Of a stretch of DNA of 64,000 bases, positions 34,701-47,200 are shown in pieces. The notes under the pieces are model-generated. The model saw nothing but the letters and a program-made list of their open reading frames with translations. It searched no databases and was not told the DNA's origin. Where the stretch lies: NCBI RefSeq assembly GCF_902713615.1, contig NC_052175.1, forward strand, positions 9,961,271 through 10,025,270. The letters run 5' to 3'. This DNA is from Scyliorhinus canicula (taxonomy: Eukaryota). Each line of letters begins with the position of its first letter. The stretch's first letter is position 1. Position numbers and translations under genes: made by a program.

Positions 34701-34891
34701 GCCGCAGCTATTGGATGATTGTGCTAATCGTATGGTCTTCTGCCCTTACGGACATCAAGGTGTATTAACCATTGTGTTCACATGAGTGAATGGGAGTTTA
34801 CGCCAGTGCAACATAGCCCATCGTCAAATGTACACTTTAAGAAAGAACAGAGAAACGAGGGAAGAATAAAATTATATATGAAAAAGAGGAA

Positions 34892-35020
34892 NNNNNNNNN
34901 NNNNNNNNNNNNNNNNNNNNNNNNNNNNNNNNNNNNNNNNNNNNNNNNNNNNNNNNNNNNNNNNNNNNNNNNNNNNNNNNNNNNNNNNNNNNNNNNNNNN
35001 NNNNNNNNNNNNNNNNNNNN
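34892..35020. other. Assembly gap (129 N)
   Basis: Run of N within the GA-rich tract. Confidence 1.
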
Positions 35021-35067
35021 AAGGAAAGATAGATGGATTGCAAGTAAGGAAGATAGAAAGAAAGTAC

Positions 35068-35104
<37 letters not shown>

Positions 35105-35396
35105 TTTGACAGATAGATATAAAGGAAGAAAAAATAAACCAGGAAAGAAAGATACATCAAAATAAATAAACAAGGAAAGAAATAGAGAAAGAAAATGAAA
35201 AAAGTAGACATAGAAAGAAATAATTAAATAAATATGAGTCGCAAAGTCCAATCATTCTAAATAACTTTCCGACCATGGAGGTATCTTTCGCATTACTAAA
35301 ACGTTTTCACTGTTGTAATTCAGGGAAAGCAAGAAAATAAGTTGGATCTGTTAAAGCTTTAAGAGACATAAGTACAAAACCCAGGTAACGACTTAC

Positions 35397-35493
35397 GTGG
35401 GACGCCGATCGCGGCCAAGATGGGGAAGTAAATCTTTTCTATGTCATTAAGTGCCCAAAGAATCTTGAGCTTCATCAGAAAACTGAGAGCCAT
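35397..35493 (-). CDS. GPR139-like GPCR, exon 1 (MALSFLMKLKILWALNDIEKIYFPILAAIGVP)
   Basis: ATG at 35493, 32 codons plus 1 nt, donor C|GTAAGT at 35396. IYFPILAAIGVP is the typical start of TM1 and joins exon 2 in frame across a 4151-nt intron. Confidence 0.85.
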
Positions 35494-36324
35494 GTTGTCC
35501 TCAGTTAAGTGTGACGAATTAGGTGTTGCTGTTGATAGTGGAAGAAATTATCTGCTCACGTTTGGAAAGAATCCCTTTCTTTATGAGGAGGGAGCGAAAG
35601 AAAGTCAAGACCCGGGGTCCCATGATGCCTGGAGTTGATTACAGTCACTGAACAAACAAAGTTAACATCTAAAACTCTAAGGCATTAAACACAAAACCAG
35701 AATTTCCAAATGTACAATTCCCTGAAGACGGAGGAACAATGCCCCACAACTCTGAAAGGAATTTTCACAGTCGCCCTTTCTAAATTCAACTGTAAGGAGC
35801 AAGAGAGATTGCATCAAACCAAAACTTGAACGAATATTCACGAATTTCAGACGAATAACAAGTATGAATCTTCACCAAAAACATAGGAAAGCAATTTTAA
35901 GATTTTAAATCTGAGCATTATTCGCAGTGTGCGCCAAAGACAGCATCCGAGGTGCAATTGTCATAGATGCTGCCTGAACTGGTAATTTATTCCACAATTT
36001 CTAAATTTCATATCAGATTTCCAGCTTCTGAAAAAGTGACCTCTCTTGACTCACACAATCGAGTCGTGAATTAAACACTGGTAGTTTAATAAAATTACAT
36101 TAAAAGTGAATTAAAGTTAAACTCCTCATTTGTTACAGACTGGTGATTTAATAAAATTACTTGCTTTACATTAGTATCTATTTATTTAGTTCTCTGCGGG
36201 CAATGAGTTAGAAGGGAAGAAGGAAAGTATATGGGGAACCGAGTAAAGAGGGAAGAAATGAAAGAAAGCAGTGGCACGGGACGGGAAGAAGGAAGGGGAA
36301 AAGGAAGAAGAAAGAAAGAACAAA

Positions 36325-36860
36325 GAACAATACAGCACAGGAACATGCCATTCGGCCCTCCAAGCCTGTACTGGTTATGGTACTAACCTTGGCCAAAACC
36401 CTCCGCACTTCCTTGTCCCGTATCCCTTTATACCCATTCCATCCATGTATTTGTAGAGAAACGTTTTTAAACTCCGTGAATGTATGTGCTTCCACAACGT
36501 GGCAACGTGATCCAGGCACTCACCACCCTCTGTGTAAAAACAAACTGCCTCGCACGTCTCCTCGAGACATTGTCCCACGTACCTTAAACCTATGCCCCCT
36601 GGTGACTGACTCCTCCACCGTGGGAAAGAGTGCCTGCCCAACCACTCCATGCCCCTCATAATCTTGTGGATGTCGGTCAGGTCACACCCCCTCCAAACCT
36701 CCGCCGTTTTAATCAAAATAGTCTGAGTCTATGCAGCCTCTCCGCGTAGCTATTACTGACAGGCCAGCCAACATCCTGGAAAACCTCCTCTGTAAACACT
36801 CCAAAGCCTCCACATCCTTCTGGCCGTGTGACGGCCAGAATTGTGGGCAATATTCCAAGG
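36325..36860 (-). mobile_element. CR1 3' fragment
   Basis: GAACAAAGAACAATACAGCACAGG reversed terminus and LTDIHKIMRG remnant. Confidence 0.75.
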
Positions 36861-37431
36861 GAGGGATGGAAGGGAGGAAGAATTCGTGTACTGTGGGAAG
36901 GCGATTAAAGGTAGAAAGGAGGTGTGGAGGATGGAGGGAAATCAGGAATGAACGGGGGAAAGAAGGAAGGAGATGAAGGTGTGAGAAAGATGGAAAAACG
37001 AATGGGAGATAGGTAGGACGGAATGAAGGAAGACGTAAGGAAAGAAAAGAAGGATGAAAGAAACATGGATTTAAGAAAGAAAGGAAGAAGGAAAGAAAGA
37101 AGGAAAGAAATAAAGAAAGAAAGAAAGAAAGAAAAGAAGGAAGTTAGAAAGAAAGAGAAAAATTAATAAATAACAGCGAGTAGGAATGCAGACAGGAGGC
37201 AAAGGTAGAATCAAATACGGGAGAGACGAGGGAGGGGAGAAAAGTGAAGAGTGCAGCAGAAATAAAATTTGGTGGAAGGATGAAAGGAACGAATAAAGAA
37301 AGCAGTGATGGAGGACTGGGAAAGGCAGGAAGGATGGAAGTAAGGTAGGAGCGAAGGGAGGGTGGGACGGAGGGAGAGAGGCAGGAAGGAAGGAAGGACG
37401 GAAGGAAGGAACGAAGGATGGAAGGAAGAAG

Positions 37432-37750
37432 ACATAGAACATCTAGTGCAGAAGGAGGCCTTTTGGCCCATCTAGTCTGCTCAGACCACATTAAGCCCTC
37501 GCTACCATCCTATCGCCGTAACCCAATAATCCCGCCTAACTTTTTTGGACAATAAGGGTAATTTAGCAAGTACAATCCACCAAACCTGCACAACCTTGGA
37601 CTGTGGGAGGAAACTGGAGCACCCGGAGGAAACTCACGTAGTCACGGGGAGAACATGCAGACTCCGCACAGACAGTGACACAGTGGGGAATCGAACCTGG
37701 GCCCTGGCGCTGTGAATCCACAGTGCTAACCACTGTGCGACCGTGCCACC
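37432..37750 (-). mobile_element. V-SINE
   Basis: Reverse complement of head, core and tail. Confidence 0.85.
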
Positions 37751-40289
37751 CACTAAAGTCTTGGAAAGGCACACATGCAACCAACGCATAGCTTTTCTGA
37801 TTAAAAAGGAACAACCATGCAAACAGCAAGAGTTTCAGAGACTATATACCTTCTGTTGATACAAATTTATTTAAATGTCTCTGCTTCCATAAATCTTTCG
37901 AAAATATTTGCAGTCTTGAAACTGTATAGTAGCCATAGGCGTTTTAGTTAATTTAGTGATGTAACAATCTTTTGGATTAATGCAATCTAAATGATGTTGA
38001 AAATTATGCCACAATATAGCTCCAAGGCATTGTAGTTAATAGTCCACAGATGTAATATTTGGTCAGTAACGTGTTTTGACCCGAAAGAAAGAAAGTGAAT
38101 CTGCCTGGGAGTACAGAAGATGGTTGCTCAGTACCACAGATGTTTTGTTGTCAGTGCCATTTTGCCTCTCATTTTCCATCGACAGAGGAAAAGTGAGTTT
38201 GTTTAGTTCCAAACAGAGTCTGACATTCATTCATGTGGGCCGGAAAGTGGAAAGAGGTGAATAAAGAAAGTCAGTTTGAGCAAACATTATCATATGTATT
38301 ATGAGACAAATTGTTCTGTTCTTTGCTCAAATTGCCATTATATTTATTCAGATTGAACTGGTTCCAATCGGGTTGATGGCCTTCTTACTTCGTGATTTCG
38401 TCCTCCAATATTTCCTTCACTCATCCCTTCCATCTCTCCATCAGTTTATCCGGATTATGTTTAACTCACCCAAATGCCACTAACTGGAAGGAAGGAAGAT
38501 GGAAGGAAGGCAGGAAGGAAGGAAAGAAATACGGATAACGGAAGGAAGGAAGGAGGTAAAAAGTGTTATAAGGATGGAAGGAATAAAGTAAGGCAATGGG
38601 GCACGTTGGAAAGTGTGGAAGGAAGGGTGGTGAAGGCGGGAGAAAGAGGAGAAAACGATAGAAGCAGCAAATTAATGAAGGAATTATGGAAGTAAAAAAA
38701 TGAAAGTAAAAACAAAGGAACGAAAGGATGTTCAAAGAATTGAGGCAAGCAACGTGGGAGTAAATTAAATAAGCAGGGATGAAGGAAGGATAGATGGAAA
38801 ACGCTGATGAGAGTTCAGAAGGAAGGAGGGGTGATAAGGTGGGAGGAATAATCGTAAAAGGGAAGGGGCAAAGGCAGTGAAGAATAAGGGTCAGAAGGAC
38901 GGAGAGAAATATGGTTTGAAGGAAGGGATGAGTGAAGGAAATATTGGAGGACGAAATCACGATGTAAGAATAGAAAACGGAGGGACTGAAGTGAAGGGAA
39001 GAATGGTTGGATCGAAATCTGAAAGGATGAAATGAAGGAGGAAAGGAAGGTAATGTGACAGGAAATATGAAAAGACAGAAGAAGGAAAGTTAGGAGGGAA
39101 GGAAGGATGGAGGGAAGGACGTGCTATGTAGTGGTAGAAGGAAGTGGAATGGAAGCAGGAGTGGAGAATGGGAAAGAACAAGAAAGACAGATGGTAGGGA
39201 GGAGTGAAGGAGGAAATAAAGTGAGAGTATGGATTAAAGTGAATAATAAGGAAAGCAGGTAGAGGAGCTGGGAATAAGGGATTATGAGGAGGAAAGATAA
39301 AAGCAAGGAAGAAGAAGCGAATGAAGGTGTAGGTGTTTTGGAGAGAAAAAAGCGTGAAGGAAGGAGGGAAGGAAGACGTGCAAATGAAGGGAAGTATTTG
39401 AAGATGGAATTGAAGTTTGTTTTCGGAGAATCATTACAAAATATGCTTCAAGAGCTGTAAAAGGGCTCCATCAATCCACTAAAGACAAAGGCAGAGCACC
39501 GTTGACCACGCTAAATGCCAGCGAAAGATAGACAGGCTCCTCTCGTTACATTCAGTCCGGAATGGGTTAATGTGTGACTTCGGGACAGATGAGACAGATG
39601 AGGAAGAGATGGCAGATTGGGAAGAGTTAACTGAAAGCGCGCAAATGTAGGCTATAGGAACGGAAAGCCAAAAGCAGCCGCCACGCCAGCCAAAAGGAAA
39701 GGCACCGGGAGCACCGGCCGCACCAACCCTCACAGCTGCCCCGATACCCATGAATCCGGTCACCACGGAATGAAGTATAAGGGATCAGGTAGGTCCAGAT
39801 ATCACCTACACCACCCCACTTTCCGTAACTCAGTTAAGGGAAGCTTTCAGTAAAATTACTCCATTTCAGCCCACCGCAGACACGCACAGCTTATTTGAGG
39901 TGCTGCGCCAACAAAGGTCATGTCCGGATTAGGTGACAGGGATGAAGTTAAATTGATAGTAATGAGCCTCAGACAGTCGGTAAGGTCAGCTTTGCCAGAA
40001 CCCCAAAACGATGGAGGAGAAACCTGAGAGAAAATGAAGGCCGCAATATTAGATGTATCGGATACAACAAAGGGGAACCTGTAGAGGGTCTAAACAATTG
40101 TAGGCAAAAGAGAGGGTAACATCCGACCGCCTTTGCTGGTCGCCAATGGATACATTTCAAGGCATTATACGGAAACTTCCATGAGGAAGACGCTACTAAA
40201 TGGTCCCATACCATAGTTTCACATGCTACCGGAACAGGTAAAAATTCTTACGGGAAGTATGACCCGGCAGATATCACACATAATGAGAT

Positions 40290-43200
40290 TTGTGTACATA
40301 GTATGATGTGGGAGCTGGCTGATCCCATTGTGAACGGCAGTGACCACATCTGCAGCAAGTGTTGGTTGCTGGAAGAACTCCGGGTCGGAATTGATGATCT
40401 GGAGTCTGAGCTTCCAACTCTGCGACACATCCGGGATGGGGAGAGTTACCTGGACGTTTTGCTTCAGGAGGCAGTCACACCCGGTAGATTAAGTAATTCA
40501 AATTCAGTAAGTGTTCAGGAAAAACAGGGTGCGATTGTAAGTGAGGCAGGTAGGGGGATTCGTTCAGGAGTGCAGAAGCCTCAGCCCTTGACCTTGTCCA
40601 ACAGATATGAGATTATTGCTCCCTGTGCAGATGAGGAAAAGGGCTGTGGACAGGATAAGCCAGCTGACCATGGCACAATGGTGCAAAAGGCCATTCAAGA
40701 GGGGGGAGCAATAAGACAAGTAGTTGTTATAAGGGATTCTACAATTAGAGGGACAGATAGTATCCTTTGCAAGACGGATATGGAGTCCCGCATGGTGTGT
40801 TGCCTGCCCGGTGCCAGGGTGCGGGAGATCTCCGACCGGCTTGAAAGGATACTGATGCTGGAGGGGGAGCATCCAGTTGTTGTGGTCCACGTTGGGACTA
40901 ACAACATAGGCAAGTCTAGGGTGAAGGAACTGTTTGGGGATTATCAAGCACTTGGAAGGAAATTGAAGAACAGGTCCTCGAGGGTCATAATCTCCGGATT
41001 ACTGCCCGAGCCACGTGCTAATTGGCATAGGAATAAGAAAGTTAGGAAAGTGAACACGTGGCTAAGGGATTGGTGTGGGAAAGAGGGATTCCATTTCATG
41101 GGGCATTGGCACCAGTTTTGGAACCGGGGGGATCTGTACCTTTGGGACGGTCTCCACCTGAACTGATCTGGAACCAGTGTTCTAGCGAAAAGGATAAATG
41201 GGGTGGTCAGTAGGACTTTAAACTTCTGAGTCGGGACGAAGGGAAAGGGAAAGCGACAGGGAGTAGGGAGTTAAATGGAAGGATAAGCAGCAGGTTAGCA
41301 TGTGTGCAGGTGGGTTTAAGTTCAAGGCAGACTAGGAATGAAGCAAAAAGGAAGGATAACTTTGGACAGCTCATGATGTCCAATTTCTCTAATAATGATA
41401 AGAAAGTCAGCATTAAGGCACTTTACCTGAATGCTCGTAGCATTCGTAACAAAGTTGATGAATTAACGGCACAAATCATCGCGAATGAATATGACTTGAT
41501 ATCCATTACGGAGACATGGTTGCAGGATGGTCACGACTGGGAGTTAAATATCCAGGCGTACCAGACGTTTCGGAGGGATAGACAGGTACGTAAGGGAGGT
41601 GGAGCAGCACTAATAATCAAGGACGACATCAGGGTGGCATAGAGGGATGATATAGGTTCTATGGAGAATGGGGTTGAATCCATTTGGGTAGAAATTAGAA
41701 ATTCTAAGAAGAAAAAAACACTGATAGGCGTAGTCTATAGGCCACCAAATAAGAGCATCACACTGGGACGGGCAGTAAATGAAGAGATCACTAATGCCTG
41801 TGAAAAGTGAATAGCAGTTATCATGGGAGATTTTAATCTGCATATAGATTGGTCAAATCAGCTCGGTCAGGGTAGCCTTGAAGAGGAGTTCGCTGAATGT
41901 ATGTGGGATAGTTTTCTGGAACAATATGTAATGGAACTGACGAGACAGCAAGCTATCCTAGACCTGGTCCTGTGTAAGTCGGCAGGAATAATTAATGACC
42001 TTATCGCTAGGGATCCTCTTGGTAGGAGTGATCACAGCATGGTTGAATTAAGTATTCAGATGGAGAGTGTGACGATAGAATCCAATACCAGGGTCCTGTG
42101 CTTGAACAAAGGGGACTACGATAGAATGAGGAAGGACGTCGCTAAAGTAGACTGCAAACAAATATTTTATGGTAGGACAGCTGAGGAGCAGTGGAGTACT
42201 TTCAAAAACATCTTTCATAATGCTCAACAAAAGTATATTCCAGTGCGAAGGAATTGTAAGAAAAGAGGTAATCTACCATGGGTGTCTAAGGACATACATG
42301 GGGCTGTCAAATTGAAAGAGAAGGCTTACAAAGTGGCCAAGATCAGCGGGAAACTAGAAGATTGGGAAAACTTTTAAGGTCAGCAGAAAACCACGAAAAG
42401 AGCCATAAAGAAAAGTAAGATAAAAGACGAAAAAAAACTGGCACAGAATATAAGGACAGATAGCAAAAGCTTTTATAATTATATAAAACTAAAAAGAGTG
42501 GCTAAAGTAAACATTTGTCCGTTAGAGGATGAGAGTAGTCATTTATTTATGGGACATGATGAAATGTCGGAGACACTGAACAAATATTTTGTATCGGTCT
42601 TCACAGTGGAGGACACGAATAACATGCCAGCAATTGACCGTGAGAAGAAGGTAGGTGAGGACCTGGAAACCATTATTATCACGAAAGAGCAAGTGTTGGG
42701 CAAGCTAATGGAGCTCAGGATAGATAAGTCTCCTGGCCCTGATGGAATGCATCCCAGGGTACTGAAAGAGATGGCTGGAGTAATAGCAGATGCACTGGCG
42801 GCAATTTTCCAAAATTCGCGGAACACTGGGTCAGTACCAGAGGATTGGAAAACAGCAAATGTGACGCCACTGTTTAAAAAGGGAAGTAGACAAAAGATGG
42901 AGAATAATAGACCGGTTAGCTTAACCTCTGTCGTGGGGAAGATGCTTGATTCTATTATCAAGAAAGAGATAGGAGGGCACCTCGATAGAAATTGTCCCAT
43001 TGAACGGACGCAGCGTGGATTCATGAAGGGCAGGTCATTCTTGACGAATCTCATGGAATTCTATGAAGACATTTCGAGCAAGGTAGACAAAGGGGACCCA
43101 GTGGATGTGGTGTACCTAGATTTCCAAAATGCCTTTGACAAGGTACCGCACAAAAGGATGCTGCATAAGATAAGGATGCATGGTGTTAAGGGTAGAGTAC

Positions 43201-44297
43201 CAGCATGGATAGAGGATTGGTTGTCTAACAGGAAACAAAGAGTGGGAATAAATGAGTGCTATTCTGGCTGGCAATCAGTGACGAGTGGTGTGCCTCAGGG
43301 ATCGGTGTTGGGACCACAATTATTTACAATATTAGTAGACGATTTGGAGTTGGGAACTACGTGTAAGGTATCCAAGTTTGCAGATGACACGAAGGTGTGT
43401 GGCAGAGCAAAGTGTACTGAGGACTGTAAAACCTTACAGAGGAACATTGACACGCTGAGTGAGTGGGCAAAGGTGTATAATGTCAATCAGTGTGAAATCG
43501 TGCATTTTGGTAGGAGTAACGATAGAACGGATTATTACTTAAATGGTAAAAAGCTGGGGCATGCTGCTAAGGGACCTGGGTGTACTTGTGCATGAGTAAC
43601 AGAAGGTTGGTCTGCAGGTGCAACAAGTAATTAGGAAGGCAAATTAAATTTGGTCCTTCGTTGCGAAGGGGATTGAGTTTAAAAGTAGAGAGGCAATGTT
43701 GCAGTTGTGCAGTCTGCTGGTGAGGCCACACCTGGAGTACTGTGTGCAGTTTTCGTCTACACACTTGAGAAAGGATGTGCTAGCACTACAGGGGGTGCAG
43801 AGGAGGTTCTCTAGGCTGATTCCGGAGTTGAAGGGGTTAGCGTATGAGGATAGGCTTAGATTGGGATTATATTCACTGGAATTCAGAAGGTTGAGGGGAT
43901 CTAATAGAAACATATAAAATTTTGAAGGGGATGGATAAGATAGGAGTAGAAAGGATGTTTCCACTGGTAGGTGAAAGTAGGGCAAGAGGGCATAGCCTCA
44001 AGATTGGGGGGGGGGGGCAGATTTAGGACTGAATCAAGGAGCAACTTCTTCACTCAGACTGTGGTTAAAGTATGGAATTCCCAACCGAAAGGAGTAGTAG
44101 ATGCTACTTCATTGAATATATTTAAAGATGGGGTAGCTTTTGTTTGAAAAATAAAGGAATTACGGGATATGGCGAGAATGCGAGTAAGTGGTTCTGAGAC
44201 CATGAATAGATCAGCCATGATCTTATTGAATGGCGGAGCAGGCTCGAAGGGCCGGACGGTCTACTTCTGCTCCTACTTCTTATGTTCTTATGTTCTC
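40290..44297 (+). mobile_element. Near full-length CR1 LINE (ORF1 and disrupted ORF2) inserted in gag
   Basis: ORF1 40303-41166; ORF2 from about 41360 with LNARSIRNK, MGDFN, GVPQGSVLGP, FADDTK; several stops and frameshifts; TTATGTTC-repeat tail. Confidence 0.92.
40303..41166 (+). CDS. CR1 ORF1 protein: Cys-rich N-terminus, coiled coil, SGNH/GDSL esterase-like domain (287 aa, ends early at TGA)
   Basis: HICSKC, heptad-like LEELRVGIDDLESEL, VVIRDSTIR, CCLPGA, VHVGTNN, DGLHLN. Confidence 0.8.
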   Translation: MMWELADPIVNGSDHICSKCWLLEELRVGIDDLESELPTLRHIRDGESYLDVLLQEAVTPGRLSNSNSVSVQEKQGAIVSEAGRGIRSGVQKPQPLTLSNRYEIIAPCADEEKGCGQDKPADHGTMVQKAIQEGGAIRQVVVIRDSTIRGTDSILCKTDMESRMVCCLPGARVREISDRLERILMLEGEHPVVVVHVGTNNIGKSRVKELFGDYQALGRKLKNRSSRVIISGLLPEPRANWHRNKKVRKVNTWLRDWCGKEGFHFMGHWHQFWNRGDLYLWDGLHLN

Positions 44298-47200
44298 ACA
44301 GACGTCTATCCAGGGCAAGGGAACAGTCACTTCAGGATCAGATGGACCAGAACGCAGTAGAAACCACAATGTTCCCAGTCAGAACTAGCCAGGAACCCGC
44401 ATGGATAAATGAGGGCAGAAGTGAGGAGCATTTCCCCCGAGAACACCACCCCAGAGCACAATCCCCAGCCCACACACAACGAGGTCCATGTTTCACTTGT
44501 GAACAAGTAGGACATTTTGCCCGCTACTGCAGACAAAATCTCCCACACCACCAACGACCTCAACAGCCCAGCCCCCACCCAGAAACAATAGGCCAGACCT
44601 CGATCGCCAAACGCGAAAGCCAGAAGGCAACACTCGCATAACATAAACGATATTAACCGACCACACCCCTATCCAACTGTTGTTAGACGGCAAACTAAAG
44701 GGTGGTTCAATGAGCCAGATCTGAGCAGCTTGCTGGACACTCTTATTACAAGGCAGGGATATTTCTGTGAAACGCACCAAGACCCACATGTTCTCAGCAG
44801 ACAATTTACAATATGCAGGGACCCCACACGAATGCCAGATAATTGCAGCCACACACCCCACAGGACCCTTTGCTCCCAAATCGTTACAGCCACGTGTAGC
44901 CGGTGATACACAAAGTTCCCAAGACACAGGGGACACAGTAATTATCTCTGTAGATGGCTCCTCCACTGTTGAGGATGGAGTAAGATGAACAGGATGCGGG
45001 ATTTACATGGAGGACTCACAGCAACGCCCACTAGAAGAGGTTTCTTTACAATTACCCGGCCTTTTGGGTTTGCGGGCAGCCGAACTGACAGCCAGAGCGA
45101 TGTAATTGAACACCCACACTCATTCCCAACGCCTGCGGACATAAACCCCGACAGCGTGTATGTCTGCAACAGTCCAATTGAATTCGTTCCCCTATGGGAA
45201 TCACGAGGTTTTGTATCGGCCGACGGAAAACCCCTACCATCCACCCCTATCCTGAAACATATTCTTAAGAAAGCCACTTGCCACACACACGGGATCTTTA
45301 AAGAAAAGAGCCATCACCACACGTCACCCCCCAAACCCTCCCCCCCCCCCCCCCCCCGGGAATCGCAAGGTCGACGCCATAGCTAAAGCTGGATCAAGCA
45401 CTGATCACTTCTGGCAATCCCCCGAGTGTGAACAGATACATTCAATCCTGGTCTCCCTAACCAATATTGAGGGTTTACTTCAGGCACAGAAAGCAGATGA
45501 CTTCCTTAAACAGATACTGAACGCCACAACCCCAGCCCCCGATGATAAATGGAAGGACACACTCACAATACAGGGCGGAATAGTGTTCAAGGACGGGACT
45601 TATGTGGTCCCCACCCAAGACAGAAACCAGTTAAATTACCACCTCCATGACGGACACAGACATCAGGGAATGGACACAACCATTGCCCTTTTACGACTCT
45701 TGTGCTGGAGGCCCGAATTAAAAAGCGATTTCACACATTATGTAGAAAATTGCCTTAGTTGAGCCCAGAACAATCATGAACATTATGCAACGAAGGGACA
45801 ATTAGTACACACCCGACCTGTGGAAGGCCCCTGGAAAAATCTGCAAATTGAATACATTGGTCCCCTCTCCCTACCCTGCAGAAATGGTTTCAAGTCCGTG
45901 CTAGTCGTCATCGACCCATTCACAAAATAGTTCGAAGCATTCCCCATACGTTCAAACACGGCAAAGGCCACCAAAACAAAATGACCCAACAGATCATTAC
46001 ACGCTAGGGTCTTCCACGCAGCCTTGAGTCGGATCAAGGTTCCAACTTCACCAGCAGAGTATTGCAAAATGTTAAGACCATTTTCGGTATCAATCAAAAA
46101 ATCCACATAGCCGATCACTCCAGTCCAGCTGCATAGTAGAACGCTTGAACCACACTTTAAAAACGACCATCAGGAAGACGGTCCAGCAGAACAGTTCCAC
46201 TTGGGACACGGTACTACCCTTTGCTCTCATGAATATCAAGAACTTAGTTTTCCGTTCCACAGGTTTCACCCCCCACAGCCTTATGGCAGGAAGACCCGAG
46301 TAAGGCATTGGATATTTATTAGGGCTCGGTTTGGCCAATCCCGCAGTAACTGCCCCCACCCACGAAAAAGCGACCAAAAGGTCACAGAAAACATTAAAGC
46401 GGCACAAATAGTTGCTGCTGTCCGACAATGCGCTAGGAAAAAGCAGAGTGAAGCCAACTTTCACAAAAAGGGTCACGCATAGATTAACAGTCGGCCAGCA
46501 AGTTATAAACTTGTTGTACAACCCCAGCTCGTTCCCAGCCCCTCTATTCACAGGCGCCTACTCCATTTCTGACAATGTATGCCCCTCTCTTTACAAGCTC
46601 AAACTCTAAGCAACACAACGCAGCCACGCCCACCACTTAGCCTTGGTAATAGGAGAGGATGTCACTCTGCCGACTGCCGATTCAGCCCGATGCCCGCTCC
46701 AACCCGACACCTCTCAGGACGACACTCTCCCCTCGACTCCGCCCATACTCAAAAGGTTCAACCTTGAACTTTCTTCTGATGAGAGCCTCCCGGATGTGAC
46801 TACCATCCCTAGCGACCTCTCCACCATCAGCTACTCTAGCCCCCGGAACGATGACTTGGATTTTCTTGTACGACCGTCTCCGCCCAACGACTCTTCCTAC
46901 GCCCGCTCCCGATAACGTTGCTTCCACTTGCAGTACACCAGTTCCCGGTTACACATCGCTACAAGATAACCCCGATACTCCCTTTTGGCACCGTGACAAT
47001 TCCTACAGGTTGGGAAGACATGACGAATCAGACAATCCAAAGGCTTACGCGGGTACCACCCGGAATCTGCAGACACGAGTCTGGCAACCAGAGACGGTGA
47101 TGATTTAAGAGATGAGCTCCTTCTGGGATATGATTTAATGTAACTAATGCACGCAAACATTTCAGGTGTCCTGATGATGAGAAACGTACACTGTCTAAGA

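Larger units (their letters stand above)
34840..39410 (+). repeat. Purine-rich (AAAG/GAAG/GGAA) low-complexity tracts, discontinuous
   Basis: Strong GA strand asymmetry at 34840-35220, 36200-36330, 36860-37435 and 38480-39410, interrupted by GPCR exon 1, a LINE fragment and a SINE. Confidence 0.8.

Noticed and set aside
34778-39306. Hydrophobic Phe/Leu/Ser-rich ORFs on the minus strand
   Set aside because: Translations of the CT-rich strand of low-complexity DNA.
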